A stretch of DNA of 64,000 bases, taken from Candidatus Micrarchaeota archaeon (GTDB lineage: Archaea > Micrarchaeota > Micrarchaeia > Anstonellales > JAHKLY01). Location: assembly GCA_020854825.1 (NCBI GenBank), contig JAHKLY010000002.1:31487-95486 (forward strand), written 5' to 3'. Position 1 is the first letter of the stretch. Each line of letters begins with the position of its first letter. A program made the position numbers and the translations under genes. Below are positions 9,090 to 20,163 of the stretch, piece after piece. Below the pieces are notes generated by a model. It was given only the letters and a program-made list of their open reading frames with translations, was not told the origin of the DNA and searched no databases.

Positions 9090-11235
9090 ACATATAGGAA
9101 GTGGATTCTTTAAACTTTTCTAATCTTTCCTTATATTCTTTTTTTGTGCTTGGTTTTATTATTTCTTTGGCTCTTTCAAAATGCTTTTTAGAAACTTGTT
9201 TTGTTTTAATATTTTCTCTTAATGCTTCCATTCCTGCTTCTCTGCATAAATTTTCCAAATCTGCTCCGCTAAATGAATCAGTTTCAGATGCGATTTCTTT
9301 TAAATCTACATTTTTATCCAAAGGCATTTTTGAAGTATGAACTTTCAATATTTCCAATCTTGTATCTTCTTCTGGCATAGGTATATCTAAAACTCTATCA
9401 AATCTACCTGGCCTTAATAAAGCAGGGTCTAGAATATCTGGCCTATTAGATGCAGCTATAACAACGATATCTTTTATTGAGGATAACCCATCCATTTCTG
9501 TTAATAAAGTATCTACAAGTCTTTCCATAACTCCTGAATCTCCAGAACCTCTTCCTCTTCTTGGTGCAATTGCATCAATTTCATCAATAAATATTACACA
9601 AGGTGAAGCTAATTTTGCTTTTCTAAATATTTCTCTAACCATTTTCTCGCTTTCTCCAACCCATTTAGATAATATTGCAGGGCCTTTTATAGATATAAAA
9701 TTAGATTCACTTTCATTAGCAACAGCTTTAGCTAATAATGTTTTACCAGTTCCAGGTAAACCTACTAAAAGTATTCCTTTAATTGGTCTTATTCCCATTT
9801 TTGAAAATATATCTGGATTTTTTAAAGGTAATTCAATTGCTTCTTTTAACTCTCTTTTTTCTTTTTCTAATCCCCCAATATCTTCCCATTTTACATTTGG
9901 ATGTTCAACAAAAACTTCTCTTAATGCAGAGGGAGTTATTCCTTTAATTGCTTCAAAAAAATCATCTCTTTTAACATTTAAATTTTCTATAATTTCTGGA
10001 GGTATTGTTTCACTTTCTAAATCTATTTGTGGTATTATTCTTCTTAATGCCCTCATTGCAGCTTCTCTTATTAATGAAGATATATCTGCTCCAGTATACC
10101 CATGGGTTATAGATGCTAATTCATCTAAATCAACATCTTTTTCTAAAGGCATTCCTCTTGTGTGTATCATTAAGATTTCTTTTCTATCTTTTCTATCTGG
10201 TACTCCAATTTCTAATTCTCTGTCAAATCTACCAGGTCGCCTTAGTGCAGGATCAATTGAATTTACTCTATTTGTAGCTCCGATAACAATTACTTCTCCT
10301 CTTGCTTTCAAACCATCCATAAGAGATAATAATTGGGAAACCATCCTTTTTTCTACTTCTCCACTAACTTCTTCTCTTTTAGGAGCCAATGAATCTAATT
10401 CATCCATAAATATTATTGAAGGTGCATTTTCTTCAGCTTCCCTAAATACTTCTCTTAATTTTTCTTCTGATTCTCCAACAAATTTGCTTACTAGTTCTGG
10501 TCCTGCAATAGGTATAAAATGTGCTTCACTTTCATTAGCAACAGCTTTAGCTAATAATGTTTTACCAGTTCCAGGTGAGCCATGTAATAAAACTCCTTTT
10601 GGAGGGTCTATTCCTAGTTTTTCAAATAATTCTGGATGTCTTAATGGTAATTCTACCATCTCTCTTATTTTTTGAACCTCCTCTTTTAATCCCCCAACAT
10701 CTTCATATGATATTTGTGAAATTGGAGAAGTAGATATTGGTTCTGATTTTAATGTAACTTCTGTTGAATTATTGATTATAACAATTCCTGTTGGTTGTGA
10801 GTTTGCAACAACTAATGGGAATGAAGTTCCAAAAACTCCTATAAATAAATTATCTTCTCTTGTTACTGCTCTGCCAATTAATCTTTTTTTAACATATTCT
10901 TCAAATCCTGGTGAATATTTTATAGGTTGCAATGGAGCTAATGTTATTTTTTTAGCTTCTTTTGAGTCTGCTTTTTTTAATTTTACTTTATCTCCTATAC
11001 CTGTTTTTGTATTTTGTCTAATATATCCATCCATTCTTATTATTTCTAATCCTTCATCTTGAGGTCGTGCTTGCCAAACAATTGCAGCAGTTGATTTTTT
11101 TCCTTTAATTTCAATGATGTCTCCACTAATTACTCCTAATTGTTCCCTTGTTTTTGAATCTATACGAATTATATTTCTACCCACATCTGCTTGTAGTGCT
11201 TCAGCAACTTTTAATTGTATTTCGTTTTTTTCCAT
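9082..11235 (-). CDS. cdc48: CDC48/VCP-type AAA+ ATPase (two AAA domains)
   Basis: Two Walker A motifs ([16 protein letters not shown]) and two Walker B/SRH regions. N-terminal double-psi-barrel-like region. 717 aa. Confidence 0.9.
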   Translation of the reverse strand: MEKNEIQLKVAEALQADVGRNIIRIDSKTREQLGVISGDIIEIKGKKSTAAIVWQARPQDEGLEIIRMDGYIRQNTKTGIGDKVKLKKADSKEAKKITLAPLQPIKYSPGFEEYVKKRLIGRAVTREDNLFIGVFGTSFPLVVANSQPTGIVIINNSTEVTLKSEPISTSPISQISYEDVGGLKEEVQKIREMVELPLRHPELFEKLGIDPPKGVLLHGSPGTGKTLLAKAVANESEAHFIPIAGPELVSKFVGESEEKLREVFREAEENAPSIIFMDELDSLAPKREEVSGEVEKRMVSQLLSLMDGLKARGEVIVIGATNRVNSIDPALRRPGRFDRELEIGVPDRKDRKEILMIHTRGMPLEKDVDLDELASITHGYTGADISSLIREAAMRALRRIIPQIDLESETIPPEIIENLNVKRDDFFEAIKGITPSALREVFVEHPNVKWEDIGGLEKEKRELKEAIELPLKNPDIFSKMGIRPIKGILLVGLPGTGKTLLAKAVANESESNFISIKGPAILSKWVGESEKMVREIFRKAKLASPCVIFIDEIDAIAPRRGRGSGDSGVMERLVDTLLTEMDGLSSIKDIVVIAASNRPDILDPALLRPGRFDRVLDIPMPEEDTRLEILKVHTSKMPLDKNVDLKEIASETDSFSGADLENLCREAGMEALRENIKTKQVSKKHFERAKEIIKPSTKKEYKERLEKFKESTSYMFG

Positions 11236-11304
11236 ACAATGACCTCTAATGAATAAATACCTTTTGTATAGTATAATCTTTAAAAGGTTTTTAAAAGATT
11301 TTTA

Positions 11305-12396
11305 TTATCTAGAAAAGGTTATAATTCGTTTTTTTCCTTCATTTTTTATCATTATAATTTTTAATTTCTCAAATTTATCTAAAATATTGCGCACATTCCT
11401 TTTTTCATTTTCAGTTAATTTTAATTTTTTATATAATACAATATTTTCAATTTCTTTATTTTTTTTTAATATTTTTAAAATTCGTTTCTCATTATCATTA
11501 AATATTGAATAATCTAAAGGTTTTCCTAACTCTTTTTTAATTTCTTCTTCTGTTTTTAAAGAGTTTTTGATATTTTGAACATTTTCAATTTTAACTTTAT
11601 CTTCTCCTTTTTTCTCAGCATCTTTTGCTGCTTTCCATAATGCATTTATAGCAATTCTTGCATCTCCTTTATGGTTTAATCCTATTGCTGCACAAAGAGG
11701 AATTACTTCTTCGTCTAATATATTTGGATAAAATGCTAATTTGGCCCTATTAGATAAAATATTTTTTAATGCAATTGAATCATATGATTTAAATTCTAAA
11801 CTTCTTGGATTTAATGAACTTCTGATCCTATTATCTAATTTTGCTAAAATATCTCTATTATTTGAAATTGCAATAATTGATATATTAACTCCTAAATTTT
11901 CTTTAGATCTGCTTAAATCATATAAGACTTCTTTATCTCCAGTTTTTGAAACAAATAATCTATCTATTTCATCTAAAACAACAACAATACCTTTGTATAA
12001 ACTTTTGTTAAATCCTTCAACTATTTTTTCAGTTACTTCATCTACTGATATTCCTCTTCTTGGTATTAGCATATCTAATTCACTAGCAATTAATCCTAAA
12101 ATTACAAATCTTGAGGAGTGTTCCCAGCAATTGATATATATAGGTAAAATTCTTTGGGTATGCTGTTCTAATTCAGTTAGTATGTATTTAGAACAGCAGG
12201 TTTTTCCAGTTCCTGGGTTACCAATTAAAAATAAATTTTCTCCTTTTCTTCCGTGTATTAAGACGTTTATTGAACTTACAATCTCCTTTATTTCAGTTTC
12301 TCTATGTAAAATATCCGTAGGTAGGTAATCCGGCATTAGTATAACTTCATTTTTGAAAATGCTGTGTTCAGAGGAGAATTTATCAAATAGATTCAT
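11305..12396 (-). CDS. cdc6: Orc1/Cdc6 replication initiator
   Basis: AAA+ N-terminus with GNPGTGKT. 363 aa. Charged C-terminal region consistent with a winged-helix domain. Confidence 0.85.
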   Translation of the reverse strand: MNLFDKFSSEHSIFKNEVILMPDYLPTDILHRETEIKEIVSSINVLIHGRKGENLFLIGNPGTGKTCCSKYILTELEQHTQRILPIYINCWEHSSRFVILGLIASELDMLIPRRGISVDEVTEKIVEGFNKSLYKGIVVVLDEIDRLFVSKTGDKEVLYDLSRSKENLGVNISIIAISNNRDILAKLDNRIRSSLNPRSLEFKSYDSIALKNILSNRAKLAFYPNILDEEVIPLCAAIGLNHKGDARIAINALWKAAKDAEKKGEDKVKIENVQNIKNSLKTEEEIKKELGKPLDYSIFNDNEKRILKILKKNKEIENIVLYKKLKLTENEKRNVRNILDKFEKLKIIMIKNEGKKRIITFSR

Positions 12397-12477
12397 GATT
12401 AAATATCTTTAATCAGATTTAAATTCTTTTGCAATTTTTAACTTACCTTTTTAAATGTTATTTTCGTTGCAATATGT

Positions 12478-13539
12478 ATGGTAAATGATATTTTAGAACT
12501 TACAAAAGCATTAGTAGGTATGAAAACTCCTTGTGGAGACATAAGGAGATTAAACAGATGTATAGATTTTATAATGGATTATTATCATGGTATCGCGCGT
12601 GTTAAAAGATTCCAATATAACAGATTTCCTTCACTTATGATTTCTAATTATGTAAGGCCAAATTTAATATTAAATGCACATATAGACGTAGTAGGTGCAG
12701 ATGAATCTATGTTTACTCCTAGAATTAAAGGAGATAAATTGTATGGTAGGGGTGCATTTGATTCAAAAGCCCAAGTTGCTGCGTTTATGCAGGTTATGAA
12801 AGAAAATCCAAATTCAAGTATTGGATTAATGATAACTTCAGATGGAGAAGTAGGGGGAAAATGGGGGACTGGAAGATTAGCAAAGGAATATCCATGTAAA
12901 TTTGCAATTGTAGGTGAAGCAACAAATTTAGATATTATTTATGAAACAAAAGGTGCAATGTGGATTGATGTAGAATATAGAGGTAAAAGTGCACATGCAG
13001 TTGAACCTTGGAAAGGAGTTAATGCAATAGAAGAAGGTATGAAAAGATTAGAAAAAATATTCAAAAAATACAATAATAAGAAATCAGATTTTTCACCAAC
13101 TTACAATGTTGCAGCTGTTTCAACTAGAAATACTTTTTATAATAAATTACCAGATCAAGCAGTGTTTTCATTAGATATTAGATTTATTGGATCTCCAGAA
13201 CCAATTTTAAAAGAACTTAAAAAAGAGAATTTTGTATTTAATGGAAAAAGTTATCCTGCGTTGAATAAAAAAGTTTTTCCAGCGCTTAAAACAAAACAAA
13301 ATGATAAATATTTATTAGATTTTAAAAATATTGCTGAAAAAGCAACAAAAACTAAATTAAAATTAAGAAAAGATGCAGGATTTACAGATGCGCGGTATTT
13401 TAAAAATGCAATAGAATTTGGAGCAAAAGGAGGAGATGCGCATTCAGATACTGAATATGTTGAAATTAAAAGCATAGAAAAATTATATCAAGCAGTTTCA
13501 GCATTTTCTAAAACTCAAGAAGAAAAAACAAAAAAATAA
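12478..13539 (+). CDS. M20-family metallopeptidase/deacylase (ArgE/DapE/CPG2-like)
   Basis: AHIDVV, GRGAFDSKAQ and GEATN motifs typical of M20 zinc peptidases. Confidence 0.65.
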   Translation: MVNDILELTKALVGMKTPCGDIRRLNRCIDFIMDYYHGIARVKRFQYNRFPSLMISNYVRPNLILNAHIDVVGADESMFTPRIKGDKLYGRGAFDSKAQVAAFMQVMKENPNSSIGLMITSDGEVGGKWGTGRLAKEYPCKFAIVGEATNLDIIYETKGAMWIDVEYRGKSAHAVEPWKGVNAIEEGMKRLEKIFKKYNNKKSDFSPTYNVAAVSTRNTFYNKLPDQAVFSLDIRFIGSPEPILKELKKENFVFNGKSYPALNKKVFPALKTKQNDKYLLDFKNIAEKATKTKLKLRKDAGFTDARYFKNAIEFGAKGGDAHSDTEYVEIKSIEKLYQAVSAFSKTQEEKTKK

Positions 13540-13540
13540 T

Positions 13541-14461
13541 TTATTTTATTTCAAAATTATAACCTACAACCTTTTCATATGGATTGATTTCTATATTTCC
13601 AGTTGTTTCTATGTAATTTGAGTATGTATCAGTATTTATATAAACTAAAACGTGATTTATTTCTTTAGGATCTTCTATATTATCTAAATCAACGTAAACT
13701 AAATATACTTTCCAATCTGAGTTCATTGCTTTAAGTATACTTGCAGTTAAAACAGCTGTATCTTCACAATCTCCTCCTGCACCTAATAATGTTTCTAAAG
13801 GAAGTCTTGGAGTTTCTTCAATTTCTTGTGTGTATTTATATAAACTAGTTGTTACATACCAAACAGCTTCAATTCTTTCTTCATCAGTTAAATATTTATT
13901 ATAAATATGTTTTCCAAAAGTATAAAAATATTCTTTTTCAATATAAGGTCTTAAATCAATAGCTAATTGATTGTTTATAGATAGATATTTTGTATTATTA
14001 AATTTTTTAGATAATTCAGGTAAGTATTTGTCCATTTCAGAAATTTCTTTTTCTCTCATTATTTGGCCTTTATAAAAAGAATTTTCTAAACTTTCTAATG
14101 GCCAAGACCAAACTTGTAGTTTTGTTTCATTTTTAAAATAAAAATTTAATTTTATAGTTCTGTTAGTAATATGGACGTATGGGGGATTTAAAGAATTTTC
14201 ATCAAGTATTTTATATTCATTTAATAAGTCATTATATTTATCCACAAGAAGATTATAATCATTAATTTGTTCGTTAGCAGAAGAATTGTATGTATTTAAT
14301 ATAGAATTATATTCAGTAACTAATAAGTTATGTTTATCAATACATGAAGAATATTGGACTTTATATTCATTACTCTCATTGATTAAAGAAAATGAATATA
14401 TAAAAATAATAAAAATAATTAAACAAGCGAGTATTCCATAAATTTTAGCTCCAAATTCCAT
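13541..14461 (-). CDS. secreted/membrane-anchored protein with transglutaminase-like Cys protease-like C-terminal domain
   Basis: N-terminal TM helix and a coiled-coil-like N/K-rich region. C-terminal GAGGDCEDTAVLTASILKAMN...INHVLVYIN resembles the transglutaminase-like Cys-His core. Confidence 0.35.
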   Translation of the reverse strand: MEFGAKIYGILACLIIFIIFIYSFSLINESNEYKVQYSSCIDKHNLLVTEYNSILNTYNSSANEQINDYNLLVDKYNDLLNEYKILDENSLNPPYVHITNRTIKLNFYFKNETKLQVWSWPLESLENSFYKGQIMREKEISEMDKYLPELSKKFNNTKYLSINNQLAIDLRPYIEKEYFYTFGKHIYNKYLTDEERIEAVWYVTTSLYKYTQEIEETPRLPLETLLGAGGDCEDTAVLTASILKAMNSDWKVYLVYVDLDNIEDPKEINHVLVYINTDTYSNYIETTGNIEINPYEKVVGYNFEIK

Positions 14462-14474
14462 AGTAATTACCTCT

Positions 14475-16328
14475 TTATATTACTGGTCTTAAACTTAAAT
14501 GTTTATTAGTATTTAATGGCATAAAACTTCTGTCTTTTGTTTTTTCGTGTATTTCTTTAATTAATTCTTCTTTGTTCATTTCTTTTTTATTACTATTTCT
14601 AATATTAACTGCAAGAATATTTTTTTCCATTTCTTTTTCTCCTATTACAATAACATAGGGTATCCATTCTTTTTCTGCATTTCTTATTCTTTTACCTAAT
14701 GATTCATTTGTATCATCCATATCTATTCTAATATTTTCTTTTTCTAATTCTTTTGATAGATTTACACAATATTCTTTTTGTTCTTCACTTATAGGTATTA
14801 TTCTTACTTGTGTTGGGGATAACCAAACAGGAAACATTGGTTTTCCATCCTTTCTCATAAATTCTTGTTCTAATAATGCATAAATTATTCGTTCAATTGC
14901 CCCACTTATTGAAGCATGTAATATATATGGTCTCTTTTTTGATCCATCAGAATCAATGTATGAAATATCATAAGTATCTGCATTTTCAACATCTATTTGA
15001 ACAGTAGATAATGCAGCTGCTTTTGAAAACGCATCTACAAAATTAAATTCAAATTTAGTTATGAAATATGCGTATCTAATATCAAATAATTCTAATAAAA
15101 CAGGTCTACCTAATTCTTTAACCATTGAAATATACCAGTCTTTATTTTCTTTATAAAAATCATTTTGTACTCTAAATGCTGCTTCATAATTTTCAATTCC
15201 ACTAATTTTTAAAAATTCTATTGATTTTTTAAATTGAGCATCAAATTCTTGTTTTGAAGAGTCAACTGTTTTACAGAATGTATGCATATCTGGCATTGTA
15301 AATGCTCTTAATCTTTTTAATCCGGATAATTCTCCCCGCTGTTCTCTTCTAAATGAATATCTTGTTATTTCAACCATTCTTAATGGTAGGTTTTTATAAG
15401 AAATAACTGTATCATGTGCCATTAAAAACATTCCAAAACATGCTGCAAATCTTAAAAAGAATTTTTTATTATCTGATAAAACATTATATTGTCTTGCTGG
15501 AAATCTGTTTAAATATTTTTTTAATGTTGGATGTTCAAAATCATACATTATTGGAGTTTCAACTTCCATTGCTCCATAATCAACACAAAATTTTGTTATT
15601 TCTCTTTCTAAAAGTCTTTTCATTAATGTCCCATTAGGATACCATCTCATATTACCGCTATCACTGCCTGGTTCGTAATCTGCTATTCCGTGTTCTTTCA
15701 TTAATTTAATGTGAGGAGGTTCTTTTTCATCTGTTCTATTTCCTCCTTCTTCATATTTAGCAAATTTCTTTAAATTTTGATATTTTGAAAAATTAAATGT
15801 ATTTAAATCAATTTCTTCACCTTCTGGTGTTAAAATAAAAAATTCAGATTTTTTCTTTGATTCTTGTTTTATTGATTCGTTTTCTTCTTCAATTTTATTT
15901 TCTTCTTTTTTAGTATCTGCATAAATTTCCCTAGATAATTCAGATACAGGATGTCCTTTGCAGGATATTGTAAATGCTTTATACCACCCAAAAGGTGCAT
16001 TTTCAACGATATACTTTTCTGAACTTAAAGTTTCTGAAATTTCTTTTAATATTCTTTGAGCTTCATTTGGTGAAGAGGGTTTTGAACTTAAATGGACCCA
16101 TGGATATAAAACAATATTTTTTGTTTTAACTTGTTCTGCAATCTGTTTTATTTCTTTAACTGCTTTTTCTGCAATATTTGTTTCTTCATCCTCTTTTTCT
16201 ACAGAAGTTAAAACTACTAAACATTCTTCAAATCTTTTCATTTCTTTAGGAATTTCTTTAGCTGTTTTAAGCGCTTTTGAAACAGGCTTTATTTCAATAA
16301 AATCACTGTGTAATGCAATAAATCTCAT
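14475..16328 (-). CDS. thrS: threonyl-tRNA synthetase, archaeal type with N-terminal editing domain
   Basis: MRFIALHSDFIEIKPV... archaeal ThrRS editing-domain N-terminus. Class II aaRS core motifs. 617 aa. Confidence 0.85.
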   Translation of the reverse strand: MRFIALHSDFIEIKPVSKALKTAKEIPKEMKRFEECLVVLTSVEKEDEETNIAEKAVKEIKQIAEQVKTKNIVLYPWVHLSSKPSSPNEAQRILKEISETLSSEKYIVENAPFGWYKAFTISCKGHPVSELSREIYADTKKEENKIEEENESIKQESKKKSEFFILTPEGEEIDLNTFNFSKYQNLKKFAKYEEGGNRTDEKEPPHIKLMKEHGIADYEPGSDSGNMRWYPNGTLMKRLLEREITKFCVDYGAMEVETPIMYDFEHPTLKKYLNRFPARQYNVLSDNKKFFLRFAACFGMFLMAHDTVISYKNLPLRMVEITRYSFRREQRGELSGLKRLRAFTMPDMHTFCKTVDSSKQEFDAQFKKSIEFLKISGIENYEAAFRVQNDFYKENKDWYISMVKELGRPVLLELFDIRYAYFITKFEFNFVDAFSKAAALSTVQIDVENADTYDISYIDSDGSKKRPYILHASISGAIERIIYALLEQEFMRKDGKPMFPVWLSPTQVRIIPISEEQKEYCVNLSKELEKENIRIDMDDTNESLGKRIRNAEKEWIPYVIVIGEKEMEKNILAVNIRNSNKKEMNKEELIKEIHEKTKDRSFMPLNTNKHLSLRPVI

Positions 16329-16380
16329 ATAAAATCACCTTTTAAGTAGTTATTAATATAATAGAATAACTTTTAATAGT

Positions 16381-17220
16381 TTATCTTGATGTAAACGAAA
16401 GTTTATTGCCTGAAACTTTTTCTTCTTCTTTATGTTTTTTTAGAATTCTTTCTCTTAGTTCTCTTTTAAAAAACAATTCCCTCATAATTTTTTCTAATTC
16501 TTTTGATGAACATGATTTTATTTCTCTATTCTCTGGAGGACCAGTTTTTATTTTTTCTCTTAAAGCATCCAATTCCATTATCAATCTTCTTGTTTTTTTT
16601 GGGTTTCTTTGGTTGTTGCCTTTTCTATCTGGGTTAAGTTTCCATTCTATTTTTCTTATTCTTTGTTTTATTTGTAAATATTTTTCATTTTTATTTAATC
16701 TTGTTTGCATTAAACTTAAAATAGTTAATTCAGTTAATCCTTTTTTTTGTTCACATTCAATAATTTTTTCTAATATTGATGTTTTCCAGAAGAAAATTAG
16801 ATTTTCATTAATTATACTTTGTTCAAGAATATCAAAATGTCTGTTTGGTAATTCAAGATTATCGATTACAAAGGTTTCAAATTTTTTATTTCCTGGAGGT
16901 TGTCTCATTAATCTTATTAATTTAATTTTTTCTTCTAAACTAATTTTTTCTGAAACAAATACTACAAGATCTACATCCGAATGATTATGTGTTTTTTTTG
17001 GTTCTCTTGCATTACTTCCAAAAATTGCAGCCCCTAATATATTAGGATTCCATTCTTTTTTTGCTTTTTCTAATAGAACTTTAGTAAGTTTAATTACTTC
17101 AAGAACATCTGGATGTATAGGAGTTTCTTTTTTTAGAACTATATCTAAACCTTCTGCATCTGTTGAATTTTCAACCAATGTACTTATTTGTTTAAATTGG
17201 AGTATAATATCCATATACAT
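16381..17220 (-). CDS. nucleotidyltransferase-domain protein (Pol-beta superfamily) with basic C-terminal tail
   Basis: GSNAREPKKTHNHSDVDLVVFV matches the GS-x(n)-D-x-D minimal NTase motif. Confidence 0.5.
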   Translation of the reverse strand: MYMDIILQFKQISTLVENSTDAEGLDIVLKKETPIHPDVLEVIKLTKVLLEKAKKEWNPNILGAAIFGSNAREPKKTHNHSDVDLVVFVSEKISLEEKIKLIRLMRQPPGNKKFETFVIDNLELPNRHFDILEQSIINENLIFFWKTSILEKIIECEQKKGLTELTILSLMQTRLNKNEKYLQIKQRIRKIEWKLNPDRKGNNQRNPKKTRRLIMELDALREKIKTGPPENREIKSCSSKELEKIMRELFFKRELRERILKKHKEEEKVSGNKLSFTSR

Positions 17221-17259
17221 CGCCAGTTATTTTTTTAGTAATATAAAAGTTTATATACC

Positions 17260-17919
17260 TCACTTCGTCTTTACACAAATAGCAGCAAAACTCATACACT
17301 CTTGTTCTGATTTTCTTGTTAACTCTAAAAATTCATTTTTTAAGTTAAAATCTGATTCTTTTAAGAGTATCTCTTTTTTCTCATTTTCTGCTTTTCCATT
17401 AAAGATAATTGTCTTACCAAAATTTAAATTTAATATGGTTTCTATTCTTTTATAATTAGTTTGGATGTGATCTGGATTTGCTAGTTCATAATCATCAAAT
17501 GCATATATATCAAAAGAAATAACAAATATCCCTCCTTTTTTAATTATTCTAGTAGTTTTAGGTATAATTTTTTTTAAATTATTTCCACTATGTCCTTCTC
17601 CTTCAATATTTTTATTTGTAAACATATGTATATCTACTCTATCAAAAATATTATTCCAACTCTCTGGAAATTCTTTAGTAACCAAATCTAGTTTTACAAA
17701 TTCGAAATTATTTGGATATAATATGGTATATCCTTTAGAGCTTATTTCAACTCCATTAGAAATGTCAATAGCAATATGTTTTAAATTAGGATTTCTTAAA
17801 ATTAATAAGTTAAATAATCTAAATTCACTTCCACAAGCTAAATTAGCACTTCTAGAAACGGGTTTATCCAATAGTTTCTTTGCTTCTTCAATAGTTAACT
17901 TATTTTTGCTAATATACAT
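17260..17919 (-). CDS. putative class I SAM-dependent methyltransferase (weak)
   Basis: ANLACGSEF (motif I-like) and KKGGIFVISFD (post-II-like). Otherwise unassigned. Confidence 0.3.
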   Translation of the reverse strand: MYISKNKLTIEEAKKLLDKPVSRSANLACGSEFRLFNLLILRNPNLKHIAIDISNGVEISSKGYTILYPNNFEFVKLDLVTKEFPESWNNIFDRVDIHMFTNKNIEGEGHSGNNLKKIIPKTTRIIKKGGIFVISFDIYAFDDYELANPDHIQTNYKRIETILNLNFGKTIIFNGKAENEKKEILLKESDFNLKNEFLELTRKSEQECMSFAAICVKTK

Positions 17920-18082
17920 ATAAGATTAGTGTTCTTTGGTGTTTATAAATGTTTTTATTTAAGATATTTGTATTAAAAAATAAGCACAAGCTTTTTAAAT
18001 ATACTTTTTAATAATATGTTCTAGAAAAAGAATATACACAGAAGTTATTAATTAAAATTATATAAATAAATGAGGTGAATGT

Positions 18083-18787
18083 ATGTATCCTGTTTCTCCA
18101 CAGGCTTATGATAGGGCCATAACAGTATTTAGTCCAGATGGACGTTTATTTCAAGTTGAATATGCTAAAGAAGCAGTAAAAATGGGAGCTACTGCATTTG
18201 GAATGGTATGTAAAGAAGGAGTGATTTTAGTTTCTTTTAAGAATATTCAATCTACATTATTAGTTCCAGAATCAATGAAGAAAATATTTTCAATAGATGA
18301 CCATATTGCTGCAACAGCAAGCGGGATTGTAGGAGATTCTAGAAGGTTAATTGATTATGCTAGAGTTGAAGCTCAAAAACATAGAGTTTCATATAATGAA
18401 CCTTCAAAAGTTGAAACCGTTGCAAGAGAAATTGGGGATGTTATGCAATTATATACTCAATATGGTGGAGGACGGCCGTTTGGTGTCTCGTTATTAATAG
18501 GAGGAGTAGATGACGAACCTTATTTATTTGAAACAGAACCTAGCGGTTCAGTAATTGGATTAAATGCAGGAGTAATCGGAAGAAGTAAAAAAGAAGGCGA
18601 AGAATTTTTAGAAAAAAATTACAAAAAAGGGATTTCGATAGAAGAAGGGATTAAATTATGTATTAGAGCTTTGAAAAAAACTGGGGAATCCCCAATCACT
18701 AAAGAAACTGTTGAAATTGCAGTTTGTACTACTAAAGAAGGAAAGTTTAAAGAATTGACACAAAAAGAAGTCGCTTCTTATTTATAA
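18083..18787 (+). CDS. psmA: proteasome alpha subunit
   Basis: YDRAITVFSPDGRLFQVEYA alpha-subunit signature. 234 aa. Confidence 0.9.
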   Translation: MYPVSPQAYDRAITVFSPDGRLFQVEYAKEAVKMGATAFGMVCKEGVILVSFKNIQSTLLVPESMKKIFSIDDHIAATASGIVGDSRRLIDYARVEAQKHRVSYNEPSKVETVAREIGDVMQLYTQYGGGRPFGVSLLIGGVDDEPYLFETEPSGSVIGLNAGVIGRSKKEGEEFLEKNYKKGISIEEGIKLCIRALKKTGESPITKETVEIAVCTTKEGKFKELTQKEVASYL

Positions 18788-18796
18788 GGTGATTTT

Positions 18797-19489
18797 TTGG
18801 TATCATTGGATAACGCGCTTATAGCGCATTATGATAAAGATAATGTTAGATTTGAAATATTTGTTGATGCAGAAAAAGCATATGAGTTTAAAGAAGGAAA
18901 AATAAAAGAAGTAAGACAAGTTTTAGCAACTGATGAAATATTTAAAGATGCTAAGAATGGGGAAAGGCATAAAGATGAAAGTTTGATTATTGCATTTGGA
19001 ACAACTGACCCATTACAAATAGCTAAACAAATTATAACTATGGGGGAAGTTCCATTAACTACAAACTTAAGAAGAAAATTAATTGAAGACAAAACAAATA
19101 AAATTATTGCAATAATTTTGAGAGAATCAATTGATCCGCGTACAAAAGCACCACATACTAGAGTAAGATTGGAAAATGCATTAGAACAAGTAAAAGTACA
19201 TATTGATCCTTTTAAATCTGCTGAAATACAGGTTGATTCAGTTGTTGATGCATTAAAACCTGTTTTACCAATAAAATTTAAAAGGATACAAATTGCAGTA
19301 AAAGTACCTGCAGAGTATTCTCAAAAGAGCTATGGGCTTTTAAAAGAGTTCGGTATAAAAAAAGAACAGTGGACTAATACTGGTTCTTTAGTTGTAGTAA
19401 TAGAAATTCCGGCAGGAATACAAATGGAGTTTTATGATAAAATAAATTCATTTACTCATGGTAATGTTGAAACAAAAGTTTTAGAATAA
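18797..19489 (+). CDS. sdo1: ribosome maturation protein SDO1/SBDS
   Basis: IAHYDKDNVRFEIFVD N-terminal FYSH-like signature. 230 aa. TTG start. Conserved position after psmA. Confidence 0.8.
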   Translation: MVSLDNALIAHYDKDNVRFEIFVDAEKAYEFKEGKIKEVRQVLATDEIFKDAKNGERHKDESLIIAFGTTDPLQIAKQIITMGEVPLTTNLRRKLIEDKTNKIIAIILRESIDPRTKAPHTRVRLENALEQVKVHIDPFKSAEIQVDSVVDALKPVLPIKFKRIQIAVKVPAEYSQKSYGLLKEFGIKKEQWTNTGSLVVVIEIPAGIQMEFYDKINSFTHGNVETKVLE

Positions 19490-19543
19490 AAGTAAGGAGA
19501 TAGGAAGTATAAAAATTAGATTTTATATTACAAGAATAAAAAG

Positions 19544-20152
19544 GTGAAGTTTATGGAAGATGAAATTATAATGCCTGGAACACAGATTGCAGATAAACCA
19601 TTAAGGCTTTCTTATGGGCATGTGGAAAATGAAAAAACATATTCTACAGTTTTAGGTTTAAAAAGAGAAGATAAATTAATTCCTTTAAAAGGAATATATG
19701 AACCAAGATTTGGAGATTATATAATAGGTGTTGTATCAGAAGTAAAATTTTCAGGATACGATATAGAAATGAAAACTCCATATCCTGCATTTGTACCTGA
19801 TAGAATGTTAAGAGAAAAATTAGATCATGGAGAAGTAATTTTTGCAAAAGTTATGAATGTTAATGAGATAGGGGAATTAGATTTAGGACAAGTTAAAGTA
19901 TTAAAAAAAGGCAGAATAATTGAAGTTCCTGCTGTTAAAATACCAAGAGTTATTGGTAGAGACAATTCTATGATTACGTTAATAAGAGAGTCTACTGATT
20001 GTAGTATATTTGTAGGTAAAAATGGATTTGTTTGGATAAGTGAAAAAGGGAATTCTGCATTAGCAATATCTGCAATAAGAAAAATTGTAAGAGAAGCACA
20101 TACATCGGGGTTAACAGATAAAATGCAAGAATATCTCAAGAATTCTAATTAA
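19544..20152 (+). CDS. rrp4: exosome RNA-binding subunit Rrp4 (S1 + KH)
   Basis: VMPGTQIA...G.G pattern, S1 then KH-like C-terminus. Sits in the canonical rrp4-rrp41-rrp42 order. Confidence 0.7.
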   Translation: MKFMEDEIIMPGTQIADKPLRLSYGHVENEKTYSTVLGLKREDKLIPLKGIYEPRFGDYIIGVVSEVKFSGYDIEMKTPYPAFVPDRMLREKLDHGEVIFAKVMNVNEIGELDLGQVKVLKKGRIIEVPAVKIPRVIGRDNSMITLIRESTDCSIFVGKNGFVWISEKGNSALAISAIRKIVREAHTSGLTDKMQEYLKNSN

Positions 20153-20163
20153 AAGGTGATAAA

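Noticed and set aside
10160-10675. 171-aa + strand ORF (and 9101..9340, 10772..11062) inside the cdc48 gene
   Set aside because: Antisense to a confidently identified AAA+ ATPase. Low-complexity S/L/N-rich translation typical of shadow ORFs in AT-rich DNA.
11236-12477. Replication origin expected next to orc1/cdc6
   Set aside because: The intergenic regions flanking cdc6 are only about 70-80 bp. They contain no convincing ORB/mini-ORB inverted repeats or long AT-rich unwinding element (only a weak duplicated TTGCAAT). The origin is probably elsewhere, or not adjacent in this genome.
16406-16984. 192-aa + strand ORF overlapping the nucleotidyltransferase gene
   Set aside because: Antisense shadow ORF with hydrophobic low-complexity translation. 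The minus-strand gene carries the NTase motif.
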